NCBI GenBank assembly: GCA_963743615.1
Contig: CAVUQF010000003.1
Location: 60,999 to 124,998, forward strand
Source: an uncultured Nanoarchaeota archaeon
Lineage (GTDB): Archaea > Nanobdellota > Nanobdellia > Pacearchaeales > GW2011-AR1
Length of the DNA stretch: 64,000 nucleotides
Direction of reading: 5' to 3'
Shown: in pieces, positions 9,248 to 17,810 of the stretch
Layout: each line of letters starts with the position of its first letter
Numbering within the stretch: the first letter of the stretch is position 1
Position numbers and translations under genes: made by a program
Notes under the pieces: generated by a model
Told to the model about the DNA's origin: nothing
What the model saw: only the letters and a program-made list of their open reading frames with translations
The model's database searches: none

Positions 9248-9544
9248 TCACAATAATATCATAGTAAAGGGAATTCCTTGGATCTTTTTTACGCCTTCTT
9301 CCAGGACTATTCCTTGCTTTATTGCAAGTGCGACAGACTCTTTCCCAACTATGTTGAAGGTTGCATCCTCTCGAACCATTTTTTTTATTATTACAGAGGC
9401 TTCTTCTTCTGAAAGTTCTTCTCCTTTGTAAAAACTCTCTTTAACATCTAGTTGAAATGTTCCTTCTTCAAATTTCTTACCAATCAGTTCGGAGTCACAT
9501 ATTGCGACAATGTCACGGTGTGATCTTATGATTTTAACGAGCAT
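9248..9544 (-). CDS. Conserved hypothetical protein (98 aa)
   Basis: Intact ORF tightly packed between aIF-1A and a small Zn-ribbon gene. Confidence 0.4.
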   Translation of the reverse strand: MLVKIIRSHRDIVAICDSELIGKKFEEGTFQLDVKESFYKGEELSEEEASVIIKKMVREDATFNIVGKESVALAIKQGIVLEEGVKKIQGIPFTMILL

Positions 9545-9546
9545 TC

Positions 9547-9714
9547 TTATTTGATTTGTTTAGCTTGTTCTGCAGATAGGATCTTTGCCATATTTGTTCC
9601 GCATACAGCGCAGGTTCCTCTTGCCATGAAAGTTCCTCTGCTTGTCTTTTCTAACTTAACATTTTTCATTTCTCTCGATTCTTTACACTTCATACATCTT
9701 CCTTCTAGGGCCAT
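9547..9714 (-). CDS. Small zinc-ribbon protein (55 aa), absent from the ORF track because it is shorter than 60 aa
   Basis: Hand translation gives MALEGRCMKCKESREMKNVKLEKTSRGTFMARGTCAVCGTNMAKILSAEQAKQIK, with CxxC...CxxC. Confidence 0.4.
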   Translation of the reverse strand: MALEGRCMKCKESREMKNVKLEKTSRGTFMARGTCAVCGTNMAKILSAEQAKQIK

Positions 9715-9781
9715 TTTTTAACCTCCTTTGGTTTTTATTATGTTTTATTAGAAATTTTCTAGTTTTTTAAAGATTCTTATT

Positions 9782-10189
9782 TTATATTTTGCTTACGGGA
9801 CGTTTTGCTCCACATGCAAGGCAATGAATAAAAGTCATTCTGTCATCTTTTATTAACTCCGTGTCTGGTTTTCCACACTCTTTGCATAGCACAAATTCTC
9901 TTACATATACTTCGATTTTTTGATTAATTTTTGCACTTGGAACTTTTTGATTTAAAACTAATCTATCTCCCTCAATTTGCCCAGAGGATGCAAGCTCCTT
10001 CAGCAAAAATTTCTGAAAATGCTCCGGGTTTCTTCTTATATATGATGCTATCTGAAAAAAATTTGTTAATACTGTTTTCTTTCCCTCAAAGTGTCCCTCT
10101 ATTTTTGGAATTTCAAATCTTTCGCCATTTCCTTCTGGTTTTTTTATTTTTTTGAATGCATCTTCAAGTAGCTTTTCATAGGATTCCAT
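9782..10189 (-). CDS. eif2b: Translation initiation factor 2 beta subunit (aIF-2 beta)
   Basis: C4 zinc ribbon 'CKECGKPDTELIKDDRMTFIHCLACGA' and the eIF2beta/eIF5 domain. Confidence 0.8.
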   Translation of the reverse strand: MESYEKLLEDAFKKIKKPEGNGERFEIPKIEGHFEGKKTVLTNFFQIASYIRRNPEHFQKFLLKELASSGQIEGDRLVLNQKVPSAKINQKIEVYVREFVLCKECGKPDTELIKDDRMTFIHCLACGAKRPVSKI

Positions 10190-10254
10190 GATCTAGTTGT
10201 GGCAAGATAATTTATAAATGTTTTATAAGTTTAGCAGTATAATTTCGGGAAAGC

Positions 10255-11499
10255 TTAGAAGGAACCTGCAGGATACATTTGCCAAGAATTTCCTCCAGGG
10301 CATTCATAAGTGCCCCAACTTGAGGGGTCTGTTGCTTGCCAAATGCAATAATAGGAGTATACTGCACACCCAACTGGTCCTTTTGAGCTATATCCATTAG
10401 AAATTCCCCAATAAGTTCCATCGTTCTTGCAATATTCATATGTAACTCCGTTATTTGTTACACTACTTGTGCCGAAGGGGCAATTGGAGCAATCTGATCC
10501 AGACCATCCTTGACAATTCCCTGAGCCATCACAAGTTTCATCTGTACCGCAAGTTGTTCCTCTTGATAAATCGGAACTGGCACTTCCACTACATGTTCCA
10601 TCGCATCCGATTGTTTTTCCACCACAAATATCGCTTCCACAACTTTGTCCTAGATTAGAAGCGCAACATGAATATCCTTCATTAAGATCACCTTCTGGAG
10701 GGGGGAAATCATAAGAATTACCCCCTGCACAAGTCTTTCCACTTCCGCATGTTCCGCAGTTCAGAGTTCCTCCGCATCCATCACTAGACGTTCCACATGT
10801 ATCAACTAACTCTGAGCAGGTGTAACATGAACTAACACAATTCCCTGAGCCGTCACAGGTTGCATCTGTACCGCAACTTGTTCCTACTGATACATAAGAA
10901 GTTTCAGTACATGACCCATCACAAGCTGTTTTTCCATTGGTACAGGCATTTACCTGACAAGGGTTTCCCATATTAAAACTACAACAATTACCTCCCGCAT
11001 TACAACTCATCCCACTTCCAGTGCAAGTTCCACAAGTTCCTCCACATCCATCACTTCCACAATTTTTTCCAGTGCAGTCCGGAACACAGCAATAAGTTTT
11101 GCTATTGATTGCTTGTTGCAGACTTTCTCCCGATGCTAAATTAATTTCTGTAGCCAGATGACTTGGATTTGGAATGTTTACACTAGTGTAAGTTAATGGA
11201 CTAGAAGGATTGGGACAAAGCCTGTCTGGTGATTGTAGAGCTGAAAGAAGAGTCATTTCTCCATCCTTCACAGAAACCCAAATTTGGCTTGCATCATGTC
11301 CGGGATCAGGAGCAGTTCCTGCGGTATAAACATGAGTTTGTCCTAGAGTGCTAGATGTTATAGAGTTCAAATTTGTTGAAACTCCATCAATGCCCACAAC
11401 GACTTGATCTGCGGGGTGAGTTCCAGATGCGCTAATAAAAGTTATAAAGACAGAGACTAGCACTAAAGAAATTATCAGTATCCCCCTTTTATGGCTCAT
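10255..11499 (-). CDS. Secreted Cys/Gly/Thr-rich repetitive protein (414 aa)
   Basis: Signal peptide, then an N-terminal domain of roughly 150 aa, then more than 60 Cys in repeated modules (CGSDGCGGTCGTC, GTSCGTDATCDGSGNC, GTTCGTDETCDGSGNC). Confidence 0.6.
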   Translation of the reverse strand: MSHKRGILIISLVLVSVFITFISASGTHPADQVVVGIDGVSTNLNSITSSTLGQTHVYTAGTAPDPGHDASQIWVSVKDGEMTLLSALQSPDRLCPNPSSPLTYTSVNIPNPSHLATEINLASGESLQQAINSKTYCCVPDCTGKNCGSDGCGGTCGTCTGSGMSCNAGGNCCSFNMGNPCQVNACTNGKTACDGSCTETSYVSVGTSCGTDATCDGSGNCVSSCYTCSELVDTCGTSSDGCGGTLNCGTCGSGKTCAGGNSYDFPPPEGDLNEGYSCCASNLGQSCGSDICGGKTIGCDGTCSGSASSDLSRGTTCGTDETCDGSGNCQGWSGSDCSNCPFGTSSVTNNGVTYEYCKNDGTYWGISNGYSSKGPVGCAVYSYYCIWQATDPSSWGTYECPGGNSWQMYPAGSF

Positions 11500-11540
11500 G
11501 AAGATTATGACACCTTTTGACTTTTAATTCTTTTCTATTT

Positions 11541-12164
11541 TTATCCAAGATATCTTACTTTTCCGGGTCGGGGCTCAAATATGATTCCCTCTTCCAAAAA
11601 TTTTTGAATTTCTTGATTTATTATTTCTGCAGAAGTTTCTCTGTGGGCCATTATTATTTTGTCAACATAGACTCCCCCCTCTTCTTCTGACTTCTTTATA
11701 TCTTCCAAGATTTTGTCCCTTATTGATTCTTGTTGGCCTAAATTCTGAATTTTTGCAACCGGTGTTAATTTTTCAAGTTCTATCTTTCTTACAAGAAGAT
11801 ATTTAGGATCCTGAATTCTTACAATCTCTGGGGAGATGTAAACCTCATTATTGAAATTTCTTAAAACTCCTATAGTCACGATAGTCTGTCCTTGACTTAA
11901 ATTTTCTAGCCTTTCAATGTCATCCCCAAATGCTTTTATTTTTATTTGTCCAGATCCATCATCAAGCGTAAGGAAAGAGTATCTCTTCTCTCCTGTGCTG
12001 TCATATTTTTCTATTACGTTTCCAATAATATTTACTCTTATAATCCTTTTATCTCCTAATTCCAAGAATATGAATTTATCTGCTTCCATAATTGGCTTTC
12101 CAACTAGCAAATCTCCTATCCTTAACTTGTACGCGATGTTTCTTTTGAAATCTTGTTGTGCCAT
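11541..12164 (-). CDS. OB-fold protein, RPA2 (RPA32)-like with a C-terminal winged helix
   Basis: Central OB-fold pattern and a wH-like C-terminus; immediately downstream of mcm. Confidence 0.4.
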   Translation of the reverse strand: MAQQDFKRNIAYKLRIGDLLVGKPIMEADKFIFLELGDKRIIRVNIIGNVIEKYDSTGEKRYSFLTLDDGSGQIKIKAFGDDIERLENLSQGQTIVTIGVLRNFNNEVYISPEIVRIQDPKYLLVRKIELEKLTPVAKIQNLGQQESIRDKILEDIKKSEEEGGVYVDKIIMAHRETSAEIINQEIQKFLEEGIIFEPRPGKVRYLG

Positions 12165-12245
12165 GATTATATTTTTGCTAACTCTTGATTTATTATATCT
12201 CTTATAGATCTGTCTCCTGTTTCTTCTGATAATAATGGTTTCATT

Positions 12246-14291
12246 TTATATCTTCTGGATAAATCCTTGTTTGGGTTTAAATATAATACTGTTCTTTTCT
12301 AATTCTACTAAAGCATCCTCTATCTCACTTTGACTCATTCTATCTCCCAATTCTTTTTCTATTTCTTCTACAGGAATCATCTTCCCGATTTTTCCTTCAA
12401 GTTCTGAGATAATATCTCTTACTGCAAAAACTTTGTTCCTTTGTGAAGAGGTAATTCTGCTGCTAATTCTGTCAATGTCAAATGTTTTTGATTCATAATC
12501 ATATCCAACTTGCATAAGATAGTATTTCATAAGGTCAATGGCCCTTTTTGCATCTTCTTTTGTGGCGACTCCACTTAATCTTAATTTTGCAGAAGCTTCT
12601 GACATTCTTATTAGTGCCTCAAGTTGTCTTGCGGATATTGGAATGGGTCTCATTGCTCCTTCTGAAGCTATTGGAGTATTCCTTAATTCAACGTAAAATT
12701 TTTCTATCTCTTTCATTGCTTCCTGATTCAAAAGGGGTTTTATTTTTTGTCTTGCATATGCAATATATTTCCGGATAATACTTGTAGGAATAAGTGTTTC
12801 TGAAGATTCACTTTTTGTATGTTCATACAAAACATGCGCTGCGATTTTTTGATCTTTATCTCTATCGGGGATATCTCTTAATGTAAAAATAATGTCAAAT
12901 CGGTTTATCAGTGTTGGGGGTAGATCAATTTGCTGTGCAACGGGCTGATATGGATCGAACCTTCCAAATTTGGGATTTGCGGCTGCCAGAACGGAGGTCT
13001 CACTTCTTAATGTAGCTTGAATGTTTGCTTTTGAAATTGTAATCGTTTGTTGTTCCATGGCCTCGTGCATTGCACTTCTATCTTGGGGATCCATTTTTTC
13101 CAATTCATCTATACATATTATTCCTTTGTTTGCAAGAACCATTGCTCCCGCTTCAAGACTCCATCCTCGCAAATATTCATCCCTAACTACGGTAGCAGTT
13201 AATCCTGCACCGGATGCCGATTTTCCAACAACATATCTCCCTTTTGGAGAAATATCTGCAATATAACTTAGTGTTACTGATTTTGCGACTCCTGGATCAC
13301 CTATTAGCAATATATGAATATCCCCTCTCTTTTTTTGACCATCTGCGTATATTTTTCTTACTCCTCCAAATAACTGCAAAATTAGCGATTTTTTTATTTC
13401 CTCATAGCCCCAGACTCCTGGAACTATACTTTTTGCAAGATTATCAAATAAGTTAGGATCTTGCGATAATTCTATTATCTGCCTTTCATCTTCTTCAGAG
13501 ATATCCAATTCTTCAAAAGTTTCTTCCAAAGAGATTATATTATTTGTCTCAATTGCCAGTTCAAATCTTGTGGATACTCCTCCCCCCTGAAGAGGAACAG
13601 GAACTTCCTTCAAAACACCTATTACTTTTACTCTGCTTCCCGGTGTTGTTTTTTCTTCCATTTTTGGCTCAACTAAGTCCTCTTTTACAAAAACATTTAT
13701 TCTCTTGGGTTGTTCTCCTCCAGAAAGAGACTCGGGAGTTTCTTCTATTACTAATCTTTGCGTATCAACCATTTCTTTAGTTAGGAGTTTAAAACCTCCT
13801 CTTCTGCCGCAGGAACATCTCATTGGTTCTCTGAATTTTTTTTCAATTTGCAAAACAGAAAGTATTGTTCCACATGAAGGGCATTCAAATTTTGCATTTA
13901 CTACCTGTGGACGAACATCGGAAGATTGTTTTATTATTCCTTCCAAAATTATAAGTTCATCAAGATGTTTTGAACGGAGATCCCTTATTTTTAAACTTTG
14001 AGACTCTGGTAGATTGGTAAGTCTTACTCTTGGTTTGTTTATTAATCCTGACTCCTCTATTGCTATTTCAATAAGACTTAATGTTTCCTCAGGGGTTGCA
14101 AGAATTTCATCAGATAATTTATTTGAAAATTCAGTAATTTTCATAAAATCAAGGAAAATAACGTTATTTCCTTTTCTTATTGATTCTCCTAGCTCTTTTT
14201 TGTAGAAATCAAAGAAATTCTTTGCCTCAATAACAAGTTCATCCCTATTTGATTTTTTTGGCTCTCTTTTCTCTTCAATCTCTTCTTCCAT
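12246..14291 (-). CDS. mcm: Replicative helicase MCM
   Basis: Walker A 'GDPGVAKS', 'IDELEKMDPQDRSAMHEAMEQQTITISKANIQATL' (Walker B to sensor region), and Zn motif CPSCG...C..C. Confidence 0.9.
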   Translation of the reverse strand: MEEEIEEKREPKKSNRDELVIEAKNFFDFYKKELGESIRKGNNVIFLDFMKITEFSNKLSDEILATPEETLSLIEIAIEESGLINKPRVRLTNLPESQSLKIRDLRSKHLDELIILEGIIKQSSDVRPQVVNAKFECPSCGTILSVLQIEKKFREPMRCSCGRRGGFKLLTKEMVDTQRLVIEETPESLSGGEQPKRINVFVKEDLVEPKMEEKTTPGSRVKVIGVLKEVPVPLQGGGVSTRFELAIETNNIISLEETFEELDISEEDERQIIELSQDPNLFDNLAKSIVPGVWGYEEIKKSLILQLFGGVRKIYADGQKKRGDIHILLIGDPGVAKSVTLSYIADISPKGRYVVGKSASGAGLTATVVRDEYLRGWSLEAGAMVLANKGIICIDELEKMDPQDRSAMHEAMEQQTITISKANIQATLRSETSVLAAANPKFGRFDPYQPVAQQIDLPPTLINRFDIIFTLRDIPDRDKDQKIAAHVLYEHTKSESSETLIPTSIIRKYIAYARQKIKPLLNQEAMKEIEKFYVELRNTPIASEGAMRPIPISARQLEALIRMSEASAKLRLSGVATKEDAKRAIDLMKYYLMQVGYDYESKTFDIDRISSRITSSQRNKVFAVRDIISELEGKIGKMIPVEEIEKELGDRMSQSEIEDALVELEKNSIIFKPKQGFIQKI

Positions 14292-14403
14292 AAATAGACT
14301 GCAGTGTAGAGGTTTTTATAATTTTATATATAGAAATATAGCAAGATTCTTTCTACTAACAAAGCTTTTAAATAAGTTTTATACCTTATCTGGATAATGA
14401 TGT

Positions 14404-14525
14404 GAGCCTATAGCTCAGCCAGGTTAGAGCACCGCTCTTATATGATTGCAGTTCATATGAACTGCATCTCTCCCAGATATGTCTAAGAGAGGCGGGGGTC
14501 CACGGTTCAAATCCGTGTAGGCTCA
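14404..14525 (+). tRNA. tRNA-Ile (anticodon UAU) with a 47-nt intron at the canonical 37/38 position
   Basis: Acceptor GAGCCTA/TAGGCTC, D-arm GCTC-AGCCAGGTTA-GAGC, anticodon stem CCGCT/GGCGG, loop C-T-TAT-A with the intron at 14443-14489, T-arm CACGG-TTCAAAT-CCGTG. Confidence 0.7.
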
Positions 14526-14547
14526 TAAATTAACTATCAAAAAGGAG

Positions 14548-15030
14548 GTGAAAATGATAACAGGAAATGAGATTTTTGGGATGATGCAAAGTTATTCAAA
14601 TGGAATTTGGCCTGGAATGCAGGCGTGGGTAGCTCCCATGATTTTGGCATTTTCAGTGTTTTTTGCAATATTGGTTATTGGCGTCTGGATTTATACCTCT
14701 TTAGTGTATTCAGAGATTGCAAGGAAGCTTAAGTATAAAAAATCGTGGTTGGCTTGGATCCCTTTTGCAAGAAGTGCGATGATTCTTCAGATTGGAGGAT
14801 TTGATTGGCCTTTGGTCTTTTTGTTGCTTATCCCCATACTTGGATGGATTGCCGTGGGCATATTGTTGTTTATATCAAAATGGAGAATATTTGAGAAGAG
14901 GAAATATTCGGGTTGGCTCTCACTTATACCTCTGTTAGGTGTAATTCCTTACTTGCTAATTTTAGCAGAAATTGCCTCTTATGTAATCCTTGGATTTGTT
15001 GCATGGCAAGATAAAAAAGGTAGAAGATAA
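14548..15030 (+). CDS. Integral membrane protein (4 TM helices, 160 aa)
   Basis: Hydrophobic segments; no motif recognised. Confidence 0.5.
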   Translation: MKMITGNEIFGMMQSYSNGIWPGMQAWVAPMILAFSVFFAILVIGVWIYTSLVYSEIARKLKYKKSWLAWIPFARSAMILQIGGFDWPLVFLLLIPILGWIAVGILLFISKWRIFEKRKYSGWLSLIPLLGVIPYLLILAEIASYVILGFVAWQDKKGRR

Positions 15031-15117
15031 TTTTTACCTTTTTTTCTTTTTATTTTTTAGTTATATTTAAAAAGTTGTTAAAGGAAAGTTTGGTAAAGGA
15101 AATACGATGTCTTTTAC

Positions 15118-15190
15118 GCCCCGATAGTTCAGAGGCCAAGAATGCGGCCCTTTCACGGCCGTGACCCGAGTTCGAATCTCGGTCGGGGCA
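15118..15190 (+). tRNA. tRNA-Glu (UUC)
   Basis: Acceptor GCCCCGA/TCGGGGC, anticodon stem CGGCC/GGCCG with loop CTTTCAC, T-arm CCGAG-TTCGAAT-CTCGG. Confidence 0.85.
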
Positions 15191-15271
15191 TTAACTTTTA
15201 TAGATCTTGAAGATAGTTAGAGTCATGACAAAAAGATCAACAAACCCGGGTGGGCTTTTTTGACTACGAAC

Positions 15272-16624
15272 TCACCTTAAATGCTTTATCATATAAAATT
15301 CTTCTAAGCTGTAGCCTAATTTTCGATAATATTCACGTACTCCCACTCCAGATATTATTGATAACTTTCTGATATTATGTTGCCTTGTAATCTCTTCTGC
15401 TTTTTCCAGAAGCTTCTTCCCAAGCCCGATATGTTGTGTTGCATTCTCTTCTTTTTCTCCAATTTTAACTGAATGTCCGTAAACATGAAGTTCTCTTACA
15501 ATTGCGTTCCCATTTGAAATTCTTAATCTGAGCAAACCAAACAGAATATTGTTTTTATTTACAAATTGTAGGAAGAATTCTTTTCCATTTGAGGCATTGT
15601 ATTTTATAATATCCAGCTTTACTTTTGGATCTTCGTTTTTATTGAAGCCAACTTCTCTCATTCTTATTTCTTTTATCTTTTCTTTATTTTTCCTAAAGTT
15701 ATACTCAATATCTTTTCTTAGATCCAGTTTTTCAATTCCCTCTACTAATTTCTCTTTTGGAAATTCTCGTATTACTCTCATTACTCTACAATATTCTGGA
15801 ACTAGCCTCATCATTTTTTCAATAATTTCGCGCGTTTGTTCTTCTGTATATGGCTTGAAACCTATTATATTATAGGTTTTAGCAAGTGGAGAATCCTCAA
15901 TAATCTGACAAGGATAAATTTTTAGCTGATCTGGGCGGAATTCTTCATTGTCAAAGATTTGCTTGAATAATCTTAAATCTTTTTCAGGATTACTATAGGG
16001 GAGGCCGGGCATTATATGATATCCTAATTTGAAACCTGCATTCTTTAGGTTTTCGGATGCTTCTATTACATCTTTCACTTTATGTCCCCTATTTGTCTTT
16101 TTGTATATTTCATCATCAGGCATCTGAACTCCTATTTCAACTCTTGTGACTCCAAATTCAAGCATTCTCCTTATTTCTTCGGGGGAGCAAGTGTCCGGCC
16201 GGTTTTCTATACACATTGCGATGCATCTATGTTCTGCAGTTTCGTTCACTTTTTTTGCAGTTTCAAGATCAGGAGAATCAATTCCATTGAGTGCGTCATA
16301 GCATCTTTTTACGAATTCGTATTCATAATCTTTGGGATATTCTAAAAATGTTCCTCCAAGAATTATAATTTCAATTTTTTCTGTTGGATGGCCCATTTTA
16401 TTTAGTACATATAACCTGTTCTTTACCTGGGCATAGGGATCAAACTGCAAAGCTAAAGCTCTCATTATCGCAGGGCTTTTGTTTGTATAACTTTGGGGCA
16501 CATATTCTCCCCCGGGGCAGTAAATACATGTCCCGTGATTGCATTTTTTTGGTTTCAAAACAACGCTTAGGGGGGTTACTCCTGACATTGTTCTTACTGG
16601 TTTTTTTAATATTTTTTCTTCCAT
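15272..16624 (-). CDS. elp3: Elongator protein 3 homolog (tRNA U34 carboxymethyl-uridine synthase Elp3)
   Basis: Radical SAM cysteines 'CNHGTCIYCPGG' and a C-terminal GNAT motif 'QHIGLGKKLLEKAEE'. Confidence 0.75.
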   Translation of the reverse strand: MEEKILKKPVRTMSGVTPLSVVLKPKKCNHGTCIYCPGGEYVPQSYTNKSPAIMRALALQFDPYAQVKNRLYVLNKMGHPTEKIEIIILGGTFLEYPKDYEYEFVKRCYDALNGIDSPDLETAKKVNETAEHRCIAMCIENRPDTCSPEEIRRMLEFGVTRVEIGVQMPDDEIYKKTNRGHKVKDVIEASENLKNAGFKLGYHIMPGLPYSNPEKDLRLFKQIFDNEEFRPDQLKIYPCQIIEDSPLAKTYNIIGFKPYTEEQTREIIEKMMRLVPEYCRVMRVIREFPKEKLVEGIEKLDLRKDIEYNFRKNKEKIKEIRMREVGFNKNEDPKVKLDIIKYNASNGKEFFLQFVNKNNILFGLLRLRISNGNAIVRELHVYGHSVKIGEKEENATQHIGLGKKLLEKAEEITRQHNIRKLSIISGVGVREYYRKLGYSLEEFYMIKHLR

Positions 16625-16674
16625 AAATGTGCTTATTCAGAAACTCTTTTAAACTTTTTTAGTCTTTTAATTTT

Positions 16675-17310
16675 ATGAGAGTACCCAATCAAAGAATAGT
16701 TTGGAATAAAATCGCGGAGCCCTGGAAAAAGTTTAGAGTTAAACCAATTGAAGAAGTTACAGATTTCCTGAAAAATAAGAAGGGAAGGATCTTAGATCTG
16801 GGTTGCGGCAGCGGAAGAAACTTTTCCAGAATTGAAGGTATAACTTATGCGGTAGATTTCTCTAAAAGTATGATAGAATTTGCAAAACAATATGCGGATA
16901 AGGAAGGTTTTAATGTAGAATTAACAAAAGCTCAATCGGATGAATTACCTTTTTCAGATAATTTTTTTGATGATGCAATTTTTATTGCAGTTTTGCATTG
17001 TATTAAAGGGAGTAAAAAAAGGGAGAGGTCTTTAAGGGAATTATTTAGGGTGTTAAAACCAGATTCAGAAGCTTTTATAACAGTTTGGAATAAAAATCAG
17101 CAGAAATTTTCTGGCTCGAAAAAAGAGATTCTAATTCCCTGGAAACAGGATGGAGAAGAATATACTAGATATTACTATCTTTATGATAAAAATGAACTTG
17201 AAGAGTTGTTAAGGAAGGTTGGTTTCAAGATAGTGCAAATCAATGATGCTGAAAATCCTAGTGGACTATACTCAAAAAGGAATATTAATGTGATTGTGAA
17301 GAAGCCTTAA
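16675..17310 (+). CDS. Class I SAM-dependent methyltransferase
   Basis: 'ILDLGCGSGRN' motif I. Confidence 0.7.
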   Translation: MRVPNQRIVWNKIAEPWKKFRVKPIEEVTDFLKNKKGRILDLGCGSGRNFSRIEGITYAVDFSKSMIEFAKQYADKEGFNVELTKAQSDELPFSDNFFDDAIFIAVLHCIKGSKKRERSLRELFRVLKPDSEAFITVWNKNQQKFSGSKKEILIPWKQDGEEYTRYYYLYDKNELEELLRKVGFKIVQINDAENPSGLYSKRNINVIVKKP

Positions 17311-17810
17311 TTATTCTTTTTGAAAACATTAATCATATCAAAGAAGGACTTCTTTTGGAAATCAGTCATCTTATTTTCATCTAAACTTATTACAATTTTT
17401 AATAAACCAAACATTGAAAGGAAAACTGTTCCTGTCAAGAAGTTCTTCCCCTCTATTTTTTGCATTGAAAATATGAACTTTTGTATCCTGTTATTGACTT
17501 CCTGCTGCCTCATTTTTTCCATTATTTTATCTTGAATCTCTTCAAAGTCAAGATTGAAATCTACTATAATTTTTTCAGGAATTCTCTTATCCAGTAAATC
17601 CAAGGTTGCAAGCTTACCCTCTTCCTCCATCTGGAAACTGAATATTTTTTCTTTACCCGGAACGAAAAAATCTAAATGATGCTTGTTATCGTTTTCTTGC
17701 TTGTCTATAACAAAAAATCCCGAGCACAAATAAGCAGTTGGATTTTCTTTTATAAACTGTAAAAAGTCCTTTGACTTTTTGAGTTGTTCTAGATAATTTT
17801 GTATATTCAT
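17307..17810 (-). CDS. hypothetical protein (167 aa)
   Basis: Intact ORF overlapping the thrS start. Confidence 0.4.
   Translation of the reverse strand: MNIQNYLEQLKKSKDFLQFIKENPTAYLCSGFFVIDKQENDNKHHLDFFVPGKEKIFSFQMEEEGKLATLDLLDKRIPEKIIVDFNLDFEEIQDKIMEKMRQQEVNNRIQKFIFSMQKIEGKNFLTGTVFLSMFGLLKIVISLDENKMTDFQKKSFFDMINVFKKNN

Noticed and set aside
12548-14205. Several 60-100-aa plus-strand ORFs inside the minus-strand mcm gene (12548-12778, 13021-13266, 13214-13456, 13544-13780, 13705-14001, 14014-14205)
   Set aside because: They are antisense to a strongly supported MCM reading frame, Leu/Ser/Phe-rich and low complexity, which is typical of shadow ORFs in AT-rich DNA.
15237-15262. ACCCGGGTGGGCTTTTTT after tRNA-Glu as a possible terminator
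   Set aside because: ACCCGGGT is a palindrome but there is no convincing stem-loop. It may simply be a T-tract termination signal, so it is not called as a feature.
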